This document shows positions 1 to 11,970 of a stretch of 64,000 nucleotides of DNA, piece after piece. The position numbers and the translations under genes are program-made. Location: contig NW_003314349.1 in the NCBI RefSeq assembly GCF_000143415.4, positions 381,172 through 445,171 on the forward strand, given 5' to 3'. Source of the DNA: Selaginella moellendorffii. Lineage: Eukaryota > Plantae > Lycopodiophyta. The notes beneath the pieces are model-generated. The model had not been told where the DNA came from and did no database searches. It saw only the letters and a program-made list of their open reading frames with translations. Within the stretch, counting starts at the first letter, position 1. Each line of letters opens with the position of its first letter.

Positions 1-2631
1 TGGAGCTTTTGGTGCAATAATTAAAGGATAGAAGCAAAAAACTAGTGGCCAAAAATAGACCTTAAAAATTATTAAAAGGAATCCAAATTATATATTAGGC
101 AAGGAACCACAATGTGGTAGATATCAATGGATTGTAGAAAAGGAAATATGTTTTCAAGGATGGATTTCCCAAATGCTCTGATATGATAAAAGTGAAACAA
201 CATAAAATCATTACTTTCATCCTTGAGGTATCCTTTTGGTTTTATAACAAAAGCTTTGTTTTATCATTCATCCCTAGTAAGTTTCTTTAACATTTTCTAT
301 TGTGGACTCTATTTTTGGCCCAATCTCCTCTAGGCCTTTCCTTAGAGACTACTTTCTTAGACTCATAATACCATTGTATTTCATCACTTATTCACCTTGA
401 CCAAGTCACACAATTATCAATAGTTCAAATCAACATTTTGAACTAAAAAACTCATTCTTTAACCTAATAATAAGCTTATCTTTGTTTAGTTATAGATCAC
501 TTAGTTATCTCACATTGATTTATTAACATGTCTACTTATAGATATTAGATTTATCCAACCTTTAAGTTGTTAATTATAACCCCAGGGGCATCCTTCACAC
601 TTGGCAGTGCCCCTAAACTAGCCCTTTTGGCCAAGGGTCTATAATAATTGAGATTAAGTGCTCCTATCTCATTCACCACATCTTTGGTGCCACTTGTATT
701 AGAGTGTTCAAGTTAGATATGCCAAACTTTCACACTAAACACTTTAACCATGCATCACGATTCTAGGGCATCCTTGTTTGATAATATGCCCAAGCTAGCC
801 TCTTTACTAAGAATCCATGATCATTGAAAAATAAATGTCTTTATATTCCAAGCCATCACTATGCCCTAGTAGGTTAGGACTCAAACCCAAACACTAGAAA
901 GTTAAGATTTAAACCCAACTTTCATATATGTATCTATGAATGATATCACCTAGAATGTTTGGCATGGGTATACCAATTTATATCCAATGTGCATTATGGA
1001 TCATAGCTTAGAAACCTAATTCCTCTGAGCTTCCATACACATAAAGCTGTATTTCACTTTATATTAATTTATTAATTTTTGTTAATAGTTTTTATTTAAA
1101 ATTTAAATGGATTTAATTATGTGATTTTATTGCTAAAGTGAGAATTGAATTTTTAAAGTTATTTTATTCCTTTCACTAGGTTGTTTTAAAATCTAAACTT
1201 AATGAAATGAATATAACCATTTTATTCAACTATTACAATATCATTTTATTATATTTTCAAAGGATTTATTTTTAATTTATAATGTTTTCTTTATTAACAC
1301 TACATTTTTTATTGATAAAATTTTTAATACATTATTTTTAAAACTATTCATCTATGTCTTTAACATTGAAGTTATAATATTTTAAGAAAGATTTTTGGAT
1401 AAGTTTTAACTTCTTTAGTCTATATATAAAATATTGATTAGTTTAATTTATCATTTTTAAAGAAATTTATAAAATACTTTATAATTTTATAATGTATATT
1501 CTAAATGATTTTAGTTATATACAATTGATTTATTTCTAGTTATAGATCTAGCTATGAGGACAATTCGAGTGGAAAATATGGATGATAGATTATTATTTGT
1601 GGTGGATTGTTATAATAGATTATGTTAATTTCTCTAACAAGGAACCTTTTGGCTTAAATAAATGTATTTTTAGTATTACAGCAGGATCTTAGCTCATAGG
1701 TATTTAATATAGTAGTTTTTAGTATAGCAAATTACATATAAAATACAGATGAGCTTGTATTAGAATTTATATGGTTAAAATATATTTTTTAAGAAATTTT
1801 CAAGTAAAATTAAACATGAAAGAAACAAGTTTAGATAGAAAGTGCTATTAAAATGCTAATTGTTATAGTCTAATTGCCTTGAGATTTTGGCAGAGAGTTT
1901 ATTAGTAAAACTGGTACAGAATCTGAAGGTTTATAATACCTGACTTCACATTACTAATGATTAAAAAATTGAAAATTCCGAACATAACTTTATGGATATA
2001 AATAGTCTAATAAGTAGTTCAATTTTTTAGTATTAAACTTACTTTTTAGATTAAAACTGAAATGAAAAAGAAAGTAAATCTCATCCAGCTTATAGGTGGA
2101 TCACATCACATGCCAGCAGATGGGATCCAGACAGAGCAACCAGCCAGGCAGAGGCTGCTTATAATGCTACAAGACGCCATACAGCAACAGCAACTCAAAA
2201 TGCCCCTGCTGAGTAGCCACACCAACTTATTTCCTGAAATTTTACCTTAAGAAAAATAAAAATAAAAATTATATATATCATTGTTTTCGGCAAAAGTACA
2301 TTGATTGTATGAAAAAGTATAGACTAAGACTTAGTCTTTAACAGTGCCCAACCGGAGACAAAGGAAGCCAGGGAAGAACTTTGTGATCTTCACTTTATAT
2401 GTTTGCAACATATATATATTAATACCATGTTGTGGTTCTTTTGTCCTTGTCCAAAAACTCCGTGCCTTGCAAGCTGTGATCAAGCTATGGTTTTGGAAGA
2501 CCTTTTGAGAGCGACCTGATATTTCATCGGTAAGCGTACAGTATTTGTACAGTTTTGGAGTATTGATGGCGATGAATGTAAAGACGGTGCGATATACGGA
2601 CTGAGAAAATTATAGTTAGAGAACGAGAAAG

Positions 2632-2682
2632 GTGGTGGTGGAGTGGTGGCGCGGTGGTGGTGGTGGTGGTGGTGGTGGTGGC
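2632..2682. repeat. (GGT)n microsatellite
   Basis: Run ggtggtggtggagtggtggcgcggtggtggtggtggtggt...; source of the spurious poly-His ORF on the - strand. Confidence 0.9.
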
Positions 2683-3497
2683 GGATAGGACGCAAACATC
2701 ACCTCATTTAAGAAGGAATGAAACGAGAATTTTTCTCACACTGATTTTGATACATTTTTCTTTTTCATGTTTTCCTTTTGTTTTTTTCCAACACTTAAAG
2801 CGAGAAAGAACAAGGATTGATCTGTGAAGCGCACGCTTTGGCTTTTAAAACCTGGTCGTTGTTTGTAAGGGAAAGCCTGGAAGAGCTGAAATGCCAGAGG
2901 GGTGGGGACTTGCATTGCAAGCCAAGCTTCTACTATCGTGTCGATTTGTAGCGCTGGAGAGATGGAGAGCTCTCCCCCTTTGCAAAAAGAGAGCTTCCTT
3001 TTCTCTCCTGCCTCGCAATGAAAGCTCTCCTTCTCCCTCTTCGCATAGAGAGTTCTAGAGCTCCAATTGGGTCACGGGAAAGAGGAGCAAAGCATGGAAG
3101 CTTGCGAGAATGTGAGAGTGAGAGGGAATCGTCGCGCAGGAGGAGAGGAATTTGGCAGTGGATCATTGCTCGCCACCTCTAGGTTTTGTCCCATCCTTGC
3201 TACGCTACAATTCGACTCGTCCTGGATTGAGGTGGAGCGCTCCTTGTTGTTTTCTTTCCAGATCGATCGACTATGACCAGAGCACTGTAAGCCGCGCACG
3301 AATCTCCAATCTCCACCGAGAGTTCCAAGAGAAAGAAGGAAGAATTCTCGCGAATTTCTCATAGCGGAGCAAGGAGGATAGCAATCCGAGAAGGAAGGAG
3401 AAAGAAATCTCTCAGCTCGATCGAAATCCAAGGAGAAAGGATTGAATCCGAAGAAGATCTTTCTCGCAGCTTATCTCCTCTCGCGATAGATCAAGCA

Positions 3498-4745
3498 ATG
3501 TGGGTTACCAAAGTTCTTCCACTAGCTCTTCTCTTCCTCCAATTTCTCCTCCTCCCGGAGCTTCTCCCAATCGCGAGCGCCCAGATCGACACCACCGAGT
3601 ACGCGGCGCTGCGCGTGATCCGAAACGCCCTGGACGATCTCCCGGGCTCCACATTCTTCGCGACCTGGGATTTCACGCTAGATCCTTGCTCCTCGTTTCG
3701 CGGGGTCGTGTGTTCTTCCGGGGATCACGCTGGCGATTCCACTCAGCACGTCGTGATGCTCAGCATGGGCAGTGGCTTCGCGGGCTCTCCAGGTCTCTCC
3801 GGCCACCTCAGCCCGGCGCTGGGCAGCCTCCCATACCTCCGGATCCTCACGCTCGTCCCGGGCAGCGTCCGTGGTTCCATCCCACCCCAGATTGGCGCCC
3901 TCTCTCGCCTGGAATTCCTAGGGATCTCCAAGAACGGCCTCTCCGGATCCATCCCAGAGAGCTTCAAGAGCCTGGCATCGCTCCAGGGGCTGGATCTCAG
4001 CAACAACAAGCTCACCGGATCCATCCCGGCCTCCATCTTCGCGCTGCCATCGCTGGCCACGCTCATCCTCTCCTCCAACGATCTCTCGGGCTCCCTCCCG
4101 GGCGCCATCGCCGCGCCGCTCCAGCGATTGAGCGCCGACCGCAACCGGATCTCTGGAACCCTACCCTCGGCGCTGCCCGCCGCCACTCTCGCCCACCTCG
4201 ATCTCTCCTGGAACGCGCTCGAGGGATCCATCGCCTCCACGGCGCTGCTGGGCCAGATCGCCTTCCTGGACCTCAGCTCCAATCGCCTCTCGGGCGGCAT
4301 CCCGAGCTCGCTGCTCACGCTGCCCGACCTCGCGGAGCTCCTCCTCCAGCGCAATCTCCTGGGCGGGAGCGTGGATCCCCAGGGCCCCGTGAGGATAACG
4401 CGCCTGGATCTCAGCCACAATGCGCTCACTGGATCGCTATCGCCATTCCTGGCCACCGTCAAGAGCTTGCTCCTCAACAACAACAAGCTCTCGGGTGGAG
4501 TCCCACGGGAGCTCATCCAGGGATTGGCCGCCGGCGACGTGGAGAACCTCTACCTCCAGCACAATTTCCTCTCGGCAATCCAGGCGATGGAGGTGATGCC
4601 CCAGCTCTTGCCCGCGAGCTCGGTGTTTTGCATCCAGTACAATTGCTTGGAACCGCCCGCGCAATCGTCGTGCCCGGCGAGTACCGGCAAGGAGCCCAGC
4701 CGCCCCGGCTTCCAGTGCGACGATCTAGACGGGGATTGGGACTGA
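3498..4745 (+). CDS. Secreted leucine-rich repeat protein (plant extracellular LRRs, no transmembrane or kinase domain)
   Basis: Intronless 415-aa ORF with a signal peptide, LRRNT cap (WDFTLDPC..F.GV.C), about 10 LxxLxLxxNxLsGxIP repeats and a Cys-rich C-cap (CIQYNCL...CP...QC). Confidence 0.92.
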   Translation: MWVTKVLPLALLFLQFLLLPELLPIASAQIDTTEYAALRVIRNALDDLPGSTFFATWDFTLDPCSSFRGVVCSSGDHAGDSTQHVVMLSMGSGFAGSPGLSGHLSPALGSLPYLRILTLVPGSVRGSIPPQIGALSRLEFLGISKNGLSGSIPESFKSLASLQGLDLSNNKLTGSIPASIFALPSLATLILSSNDLSGSLPGAIAAPLQRLSADRNRISGTLPSALPAATLAHLDLSWNALEGSIASTALLGQIAFLDLSSNRLSGGIPSSLLTLPDLAELLLQRNLLGGSVDPQGPVRITRLDLSHNALTGSLSPFLATVKSLLLNNNKLSGGVPRELIQGLAAGDVENLYLQHNFLSAIQAMEVMPQLLPASSVFCIQYNCLEPPAQSSCPASTGKEPSRPGFQCDDLDGDWD

Positions 4746-4921
4746 TCGATTCGCTCGATCGATCGCTCGATCGATTGTTACTGGATTTTGGATTGGATGA
4801 TTTCTTGTGGATAAAATTCATTACGCCAATAACTCAAGAACCCTAAAAGGCAAAAGGACTTTCTTGGAAGAACCCTAAAAACAGAGGATTGGAATTCATT
4901 GTCAATTCGATTGGATTGAAT

Positions 4922-5235
4922 CAGTTTCTAGCAATGGATCAGTCAGTGGTCATTTCCTTCTCTTGCCTCCCTGTTCTAGCAATGCAAAATTTGTTTTTGC
5001 CTCGCAGCTCTAGTGATGGAAACTTTGCTTTGATGGAAAGCAGAGTTCTTGGATGATTCCTTGTTAATTGGATGGGATTGTATCAATTTCTAGCAATGGA
5101 TCATTAATTGGTCATTTCCTTTTCTCGCCTCCCTCTGTTCTAGCGATGGAAACTTTGTTCTTGCCTCGCTGTTCTAGTGCTGGAACTGAGTGGTCATTTC
5201 TTCCATGGAATGGAGCTATAAGTGATCATTTCTTC
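4922..5235. repeat. Degenerate direct repeats in the convergent LRR/FEN1 3' region
   Basis: Unit tttctagcaatggatc...ggtcatttcctt.tct.gcctcc..ctgttctagc.atg at ~4925 and ~5087, with a partial third copy at ~5160-5230. Confidence 0.7.
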
Positions 5236-7368
5236 CTGCCCTTGGTCGTGGCTTTTGATTTCTTCCCAGAGCTCCCTTTCGTCGTCTCGGGTGTTTCCTA
5301 TAGATGAGGTTTCATGAGTTACAATACGGAGCTTTTAACTTGCGCACGCCACGCCACAATCACTCCACTCACCTTTCTCTTTGTAGCAGCGGCTGCTGGC
5401 GAGGACGACGCAACGGGCTTGAAAAATGACTCCATCCTGCACAGATTTCCACTCCAAAACTCCTGAGAAATCCGAAGCACAATTAAAACAGCTACGACAG
5501 ACCTTCCCTGGGAGGACTTATTCTTGGCGCTCTTGATCCTCTCGATTGCCTGGGGAACGGAGCCTGCGCTTTTAGTTTTCTATACCCAAAGAGGTGCCGC
5601 AGCTTTACCTTTGTCACGCGATCGATATTGAATCCATTCTCTTCTACCAGAAACTTTTTCAATCCCTGCAGCAGGAGATTAGCAAGAAGATAAATGAAAA
5701 CTTGGATTTATTTACCTCCTCATCGGGTGCATTCCATTTGAGCTCCGGAAGCTCTTCATCTGGCAGCACGATGGGCTCTTTAAAGAGCCGGCGGGCTTCT
5801 TGGTAAGGCCAAGATTCTGGAATTTGGTATCTGGTTTGATATTGCAAGTCAAAGCGAGAGATATCGTATGGAAAAACGCACCTGTCCTTGTTCAAGTTCT
5901 CCAATACTGCTTCTAAAGTACTGTGCTGTCTAATAAGTTTCAAAGCTGTCTGTGGCCCAATTCCTAACAAGGTACAAACCAGGTAACCACTGTTTTAACG
6001 ATAAGCAAGGAAACTTACCGCGAATCGTGTCGCAGTAGTCACACCCGCAAAGAATGCAAAGATCAATAAACTGATCCATGGAAAGGTTTAGCTCTTGAAG
6101 AGCCTAGATAGCCAAGAATCAACACTCATTGTGAGAACAAAAAAAAGCTTAAACGCACGCACCGTAGATATCTGGAACTCCATAACTGGTATTTTACGAG
6201 AAGCTGGCTCCATGAGGTGCCGTAAGAATCTCGGACTTCCAAAGGTAAGGGAATCCATGTCTTCAGAAGCCACGGCATAAACCTGCGGAACAAAACCGCA
6301 GTAGATTCAAAGACGAGAAAGATCGAAACTGGAGAGATAGAGAGATCGAACTACCTTGTCTGCTTTGCACAAGGCCGCACATTCAGCTTCTGCCTCGCAG
6401 GGAGCCTGTTACAAAGTACAAGCAGTGAAAATCTTTGCTGATGCAAAGATCCACCAAAGAAAAAAGAGTACCTCGATGACCGGAATTCCCATGAGCCGTA
6501 GCAACTTTTGACAGTCTTCATTGTGTTGCTTTGTGACCTTCACAGGAACCATGTTGATCGAATGAAAGAATCAAATGGAAGTGAGGCGTACCTTTACTGT
6601 TCTCTTGCTATACTTCTCTATGTCCGCAACTTCACCTTTCTGCAGGACAAGGACTATAATCAGAAAGAAAAACACTACACGAGTATATCAGTAACGCCAC
6701 CTCGATCGCCTCCGTAAGCCCTTCAGTGGCCTCTTCACGCCTCGCACCTCTGATTAAATAAACAAAAGTTTGAAGAAAAACTGTACTGGCTATCGAGATG
6801 AGAGTAGAGCTACCTTTTCACAAGCTCAGCTTTCTTCAGCTCCGGAGGTTTTCCATCAAAGACATACCTGACGTGAATGACCACTCGTAAGAAACAAACA
6901 ACAATACAGTAAGACAAATCGCCACAAACTCGATGTTCTTACACAGGCTTCATCCCGGACTCCAGCAAGCGAACTGTCCGAGTAAACATTCCCTGCAAAT
7001 GACTGCGTTGGAGTCAGCGAAAGAACTAAGTATCAAGGAAAGAAAAAAAAGGAATTTGTTCTTCCTTTCAAACAAACCTTGTAATTTCTCCAGCCTCATT
7101 CGTGAGCATTTCAGTGCCAGTTCGTCCCACAACAATCTAGAATGCACGGCTTCTTGTGTGAGACGCAACGCAAAGATATCTAGAACTCACCAAGAACTGA
7201 TATATACTCATACTCGCATCCACAGCGATTTTCCGCCCAAAGTAGCTCTCAAACTTCTGCTCCTTCATGGCGCCCGGCGCGTTGTCCGCCAAGAGCTTCG
7301 TCAATCCCTGCGCATCCAAAGCTATAGCGCTAGCCAAACGAGATAGGACGCAGTACCTTGATCCCCAT
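5226..7368 (-). CDS. FEN1: Flap endonuclease 1 (about 17 exons)
   Basis: Exons spell [67 protein letters not shown], a PIP-like QGRMESFFK and a basic tail GRKK*. Short GT-AG introns traced by eye. Confidence 0.96.
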
Positions 7369-7388
7369 TGCCCCCAAAATGCGTGGGA

Positions 7389-7396
7389 GCGCCAAA
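7389..7396 (-). promoter_or_regulatory. Putative E2F site (TTTGGCGC) 20 bp upstream of the FEN1 ATG, in the 179-bp FEN1/SDH2 divergent spacer
   Basis: gcgccaaa on + is TTTGGCGC on -, matching the TTTSSCGC consensus; replication genes are typical E2F targets. Confidence 0.55.
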
Positions 7397-7547
7397 AGAA
7401 AGAAGCGCGAATTCAAGAACCCTAACTCACCTAGACCGCTGGATCAAAGTAAATCCGACGGCCAGATAAAACTAGCCGAGCTTTAGGTCAGGGTTGAGTG
7501 TCCCATTTTCTCTCTTCCTGGTAGATCTTCGCGATATCGAGGCAGCG

Positions 7548-8485
7548 ATGTTCACGGCAGCTGGAGCGATCGCCAAGCGCCTCGGCAGGCCCGCTGCCAG
7601 CGCTGTAAGTATCAGGGCGAGCGCCACCGCCTCGGACTCCACCCTCGGCCAGGAGAAATCCTCCAACATCAAGGAGTTTTCGATCTACCGCTGGAATCCC
7701 GATGGCAGCAGCAATCCCCAGCAGCAGGTCTACAAGATCGACCTCAACGATTGCGGTCCCATGGTGCTGGATGCTCTCATCAAGATCAAGAACGAGGTGG
7801 ATCAGGGTCTCACCTTCCGGCGATCGTGCCGGGAGGGGATTTGCGGCTCCTGCGCGATGAACATCAATGGGAAGAATGCGCTGGCCTGCCTGACCAAGAT
7901 CGAGAAGGACGCTGCCCAGACGTCGGTGCTTCCGCTGCCACACATGTACGTGATCAAGGACCTGGTGGTGGACCTCACGAACTTCTACCAGCAGTACAAG
8001 AGCGTGGAGCCGTGGCTCAAGACCAAGACTATGCTAGAGGCTGGCCAGAAGGAGCACTTGCAGAGCAAGAAGGAGAGGCTGAAGCTGGATGGGATGTATG
8101 AGTGTATCCTGTGCGCGTGCTGTACCTCTTCCTGCCCGAGCTACTGGTGGAATCCCGAGAAGTTCTTGGGTCCTGCGGCATTGCTTCACGCTCACAGGTA
8201 TGGATGGCTCTTTTGTCCTTTGATCTTTGCGTGTTCTAGATGTGTTGGGTGTGTTTTTGTCGTAGAGCTTTTGTGTGTTCGTGTTCTTACAGAACTTGGG
8301 ATCTCTTTCTCAGATGGATTGCCGATAGCCGAGATGAGTACACGCGGGAGAGGCTGGAAGCCATCGCCGGAGACTACAAAGTTGGGCGCTGCCACACCAT
8401 TCGCAACTGTGAGAACGCTTGTCCCAAGGGATTGAGCCCTGCTAACCAGATCATCAAGATCAAGGCGCTCCAAAACACCCTCTAG
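7548..8485 (+). CDS. SDH2: Mitochondrial succinate dehydrogenase iron-sulfur subunit (2 exons; intron 8198-8313)
   Basis: Transit-like N-terminus from ATG 7548; [31 protein letters not shown], and after splicing [15 protein letters not shown]; GT..AG intron. Confidence 0.96.
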
Positions 8486-8624
8486 ACGCCTCCAGATCTT
8501 CGCTTTTTTCCTCCGGAATAAGTGACAAGCGTTTCTTCGTCGATGAATAGCAATAAAGGTTGACGAAAGCTCTTAGCTTTACTTTGAAAGTTTTGATCTT
8601 TATATTTACAGTCCACTCAACTAA

Positions 8625-8880
8625 GGAGCAAATGGTCATATTTCTTATGGTTTTATTTCGGCCACGATGCTCGAAGAAAAAGTTTCATTTTTGTTTTGGA
8701 GCAATGGTTATATCTCGAGAAATCTTAGAAAGCGTTTGATCTATCTTTTGGAGCAATGGCTATATTTCGGCCACGATGCTCGAAGAAAAAGTTTGATCTT
8801 TGTTTTGGAGCAATGGTCGAAGAAATAGTTTGATCTTTGTTTTGGAGCAATGGTTATATTTCGGCCACGATGCTCGAGAG
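8625..8880. repeat. Tandem degenerate copies of the PPR stop-codon region
   Basis: ttttggagcaatgg.tatatttcggccacgatgctcga and sub-parts repeated 4-5 times; the last copy is the true coding end of the PPR. Confidence 0.8.
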
Positions 8881-10410
8881 AACTACGTACGAGGAAGCAC
8901 TCCTTGGATCCAAATGGATCACTTGCCCGGTTGCCCGGCTGCCACCCTCCACATCTCTTCCAGTCCGGCAAGCCCCGAGCAAGCTCCTCCACGCCGACGC
9001 CCTCGGCAAATACGGCATCCCCGCAAGCAAATCCTCGGCATGCCGCAAATGCCCAGCTCTCCCGAGCATCTCCACGACGCAGCAGTAGTGCTGCGGCGTT
9101 GGCTTGAGGGCGAAGTCCGTGACCATCGAGCAGAACTTGGCCCAGCCTTCGTAGAGCTTCCCCGAGTGGATACAAGCCAGGAGCACGCAGACAAACGAGA
9201 CGGCATCGGGGGATTCGCTGAGCTTCATCCGCAGGAACATTTCCATGGCTTCGGCGTGGTGCCCCGTGTGTGCGAACGACGCCACCATCGTGTTCCAGCA
9301 GATCATATCCTGTTCCGGGCTCGCATCAAACATCTTCTTCGCGTCTCGCAGATGCCCGTTCTGGGCATATGCTGCGAGCATCGCTCCCCAGGTGACCATG
9401 TTGTGCTCCGGCATCTCGTCGTAGATGTTCTTGGCCTCCTCCAAATGCCCAAACTCTCCGTAGGCAGATAGCATAGCGGTGCAGGACACGAGATCGTGGC
9501 TCCGCATTCTATCAAACAAAACCCTTGCTTCCTCCAGATGCCCGTTTTGGGCATACGCTGCAAGCATAGCGTTCCAGGAAACAATGCTCCTCTCCTGCAT
9601 CGTTTCAAACACTTCGTAGGCTTCTTTGATCTTGGCATTGTCGGCGTAAGCCGATAGCATCGCAGTCCAGGAGACGAGATCTAGCTCTGGGATCCGATCA
9701 AACAGTCCCTTAGCTTCGTCAACTTGCCCGTTCTGGGCATGCGCAGAAAGCATCGTAGTGCAGGAGATTAGATCCCACTCCGGCATGGATTGGAAGATAC
9801 TCTCCGCCTCTTTCAAGTGTCTAGCATCCGCATAAGCCGAAAGAATAGCAGTCCAGGTGACCATATTCTTCTCACGCATGGAATCGAAGAGCTCTTTGGC
9901 TCCTTCCAAATTCCCGGTATGGGCAAATGCTGATAGCATCGCAGTCCACGACACAAGGTTCCACTCGGGCATCCGATCAAAGTGCCGCTTAGCCTCGTCC
10001 AAATGCCCGTTCTTCGTGTATGCAGCGAGCATGGCAGTCCAAGAGACCTGGTTCCTCTCGGGCATCCCATCGAAGATCTCCTTGGCACTCTCAAGTTGCC
10101 CAGCCCGCGCGTACGCGGAGAGCATGAGAGCCCAGGAAAAGACGTTCTTGTCGGCGATGGCGTCAAAGACGCGGCGCGCCTCCCCGACGCTGCCAAACTT
10201 GCCATAGGATTCTACGAGCTTGTTGGAGACGAAGGCATCTCGCTCGAGCGGGACACGGTTGGCGATGCACGAGTGGATCTCTCGGAGCATCGAGAGGCCC
10301 CGGCACAGGCCAATACGCTGGCCATAGACGTAAGACTCCGCTCCATTGGTGTCGAAGACGCTGCCACCACTGTCTCTAGCTCTCTGGATCTTCGTCTCTA
10401 TCGTCACCAT
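8854..10410 (-). CDS. PLS-class pentatricopeptide repeat protein with E domain, no DYW (candidate organellar RNA-editing specificity factor)
   Basis: Intronless 518 aa with tandem 31-aa SS-type motifs (SWTAMLxAYAxxGxLxEAKxxFDxMPExN), followed by HYCCVVEMLGRAG, AWRSLLGAC and SYVVLSS (E1/E2), then a stop. Confidence 0.93.
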   Translation of the reverse strand: MVTIETKIQRARDSGGSVFDTNGAESYVYGQRIGLCRGLSMLREIHSCIANRVPLERDAFVSNKLVESYGKFGSVGEARRVFDAIADKNVFSWALMLSAYARAGQLESAKEIFDGMPERNQVSWTAMLAAYTKNGHLDEAKRHFDRMPEWNLVSWTAMLSAFAHTGNLEGAKELFDSMREKNMVTWTAILSAYADARHLKEAESIFQSMPEWDLISCTTMLSAHAQNGQVDEAKGLFDRIPELDLVSWTAMLSAYADNAKIKEAYEVFETMQERSIVSWNAMLAAYAQNGHLEEARVLFDRMRSHDLVSCTAMLSAYGEFGHLEEAKNIYDEMPEHNMVTWGAMLAAYAQNGHLRDAKKMFDASPEQDMICWNTMVASFAHTGHHAEAMEMFLRMKLSESPDAVSFVCVLLACIHSGKLYEGWAKFCSMVTDFALKPTPQHYCCVVEMLGRAGHLRHAEDLLAGMPYLPRASAWRSLLGACRTGRDVEGGSRATGQVIHLDPRSASSYVVLSSIVAEI

Positions 10411-11970
10411 TTACAAAGCTCCATAGCCTTTTATTAGAAAGGAAGAAAAAATTATCTCTCTATTCAAATAAATTGTGAATCTTAATATGAGCTATGCCAA
10501 TTTTCCGAAGTCCTTTAACCGATTTGAAAAAAGGGTAGATTTCTTGTTCATAAACTCTTTCTCTCAAATTATTCCTTTTTTCCATATTATTGAAACTCTT
10601 TGCTCAGAAACCCATAGAGCTTTTGGGGCTACTAGAGTCATCTGCAAGAACTACAAGAACAAAGTGCTTGTGTAGGATCAACTCAATTTCACACTTAGAA
10701 ACACACAAAAAGAGGTCATGAACTTTCCTATCACACTCTAAAAAATCATTACTAAATGTTAGTAAACAATTTGAAACACAGGAATAATGCCTAGCCTACC
10801 TCATAAATTCCTGGACACTAACACTATACTGTCATCCTCCACAACTTGACAATTTACTCAAATCCTAACCACAATTGTTTGATTATAGAAAATCCCCTAC
10901 CTCATGCCACCTAGCCACCTTATCATCTTCCTCTTGCTTTTGTTATTTTGGCATATGCTCATAGATTTTTTTTAAAAAAATGTAGTAAAAATTATCATGT
11001 GTTTTAGATTAAGGAATCCTATACTTTCTCATTTAATATTATATTCATATATATATATATCCAATCCTATTGACTAAAGTATAAGGGAAACTAGAAATAT
11101 ACCAAATATTTTAATTAGACTAAGATATGGATAAATGCTTATGTACTATGGTGGATAATTGATGTTATAATTAAGTGAAAGCTTAGACATGAAGCAACAG
11201 AAAATTCACATTAAATTCTGATATACAACAATTATTTTATAGATTGTATGATTATGCTAGAAATTCATTATATGTTTTTCAGTTTTTAATAATTAAAAAT
11301 TTTGTACTTTAGGAGATTAAATAACAGAAGGCTTTTTTAGACCTTAAAAAATATTTATTAAATATTTTCTAATGATAAATCATTGAATAGAAAACAATAT
11401 TGTGTTTGTTCATAAATGTTATTTTAAATTTTAAGAATGGGTGAAATTGTCAATTTAATAAATTTATTGAAATAAATAAAATCATATAATACAGTATAAC
11501 TTTAATTTTAAATAGTTTTAAATACAGAAAAGTTAATTTAAAACAATTATTTTGTAGGTTTTATTTTAATGGCAATACCATGACCATGTTTTAATCTCTA
11601 TATATATGATAGTTCTATAAGATTTTCTTACTTTACTAGAGTATTTCCAAACAACCAATATTAACAGTTTTATGAATTCAGATTAAAATATTTTCCTTTC
11701 ATTGCTTTGCTAATTGTTGTTGTTAGAATGAGGTGCTACTGCTTTTGGCATTTTGATTAATCTTGGGTTAGAAGTTGGACCAAGATGTGGTCTCATATCC
11801 GTAAAGAATATTTGCCAAATGATCTTGGTTTGAGACTTCACGATACAAAAATGCAAAGCATGTGGAATATCTATCATAATAAGGAGGGAGTGCCGAACTT
11901 TCTGGGCCGTCGGATCCAGCCAATCGCAGCCATCTGATGGAACTATAAAGGGGTTATTTCTTTAACCATG

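Noticed and set aside
1-960. Possible LTR remnant with degenerate internal repeats (580-680 versus 760-860)
   Set aside because: Too decayed and cut by the window edge; no termini or coding motif could be supported.
3500-4846. 448-aa alternative-frame ORF and antisense ORFs over the LRR gene (similar ones over PPR, OSCA and EIN3)
   Set aside because: Shadow ORFs expected from GC-rich codon usage; low-complexity R/P/G translations with no motifs.
8625-8880. Repeat-spacer-like pattern suggesting a CRISPR array
   Set aside because: Eukaryotic context, irregular units derived from the PPR 3' end, no unique spacers and no cas genes.
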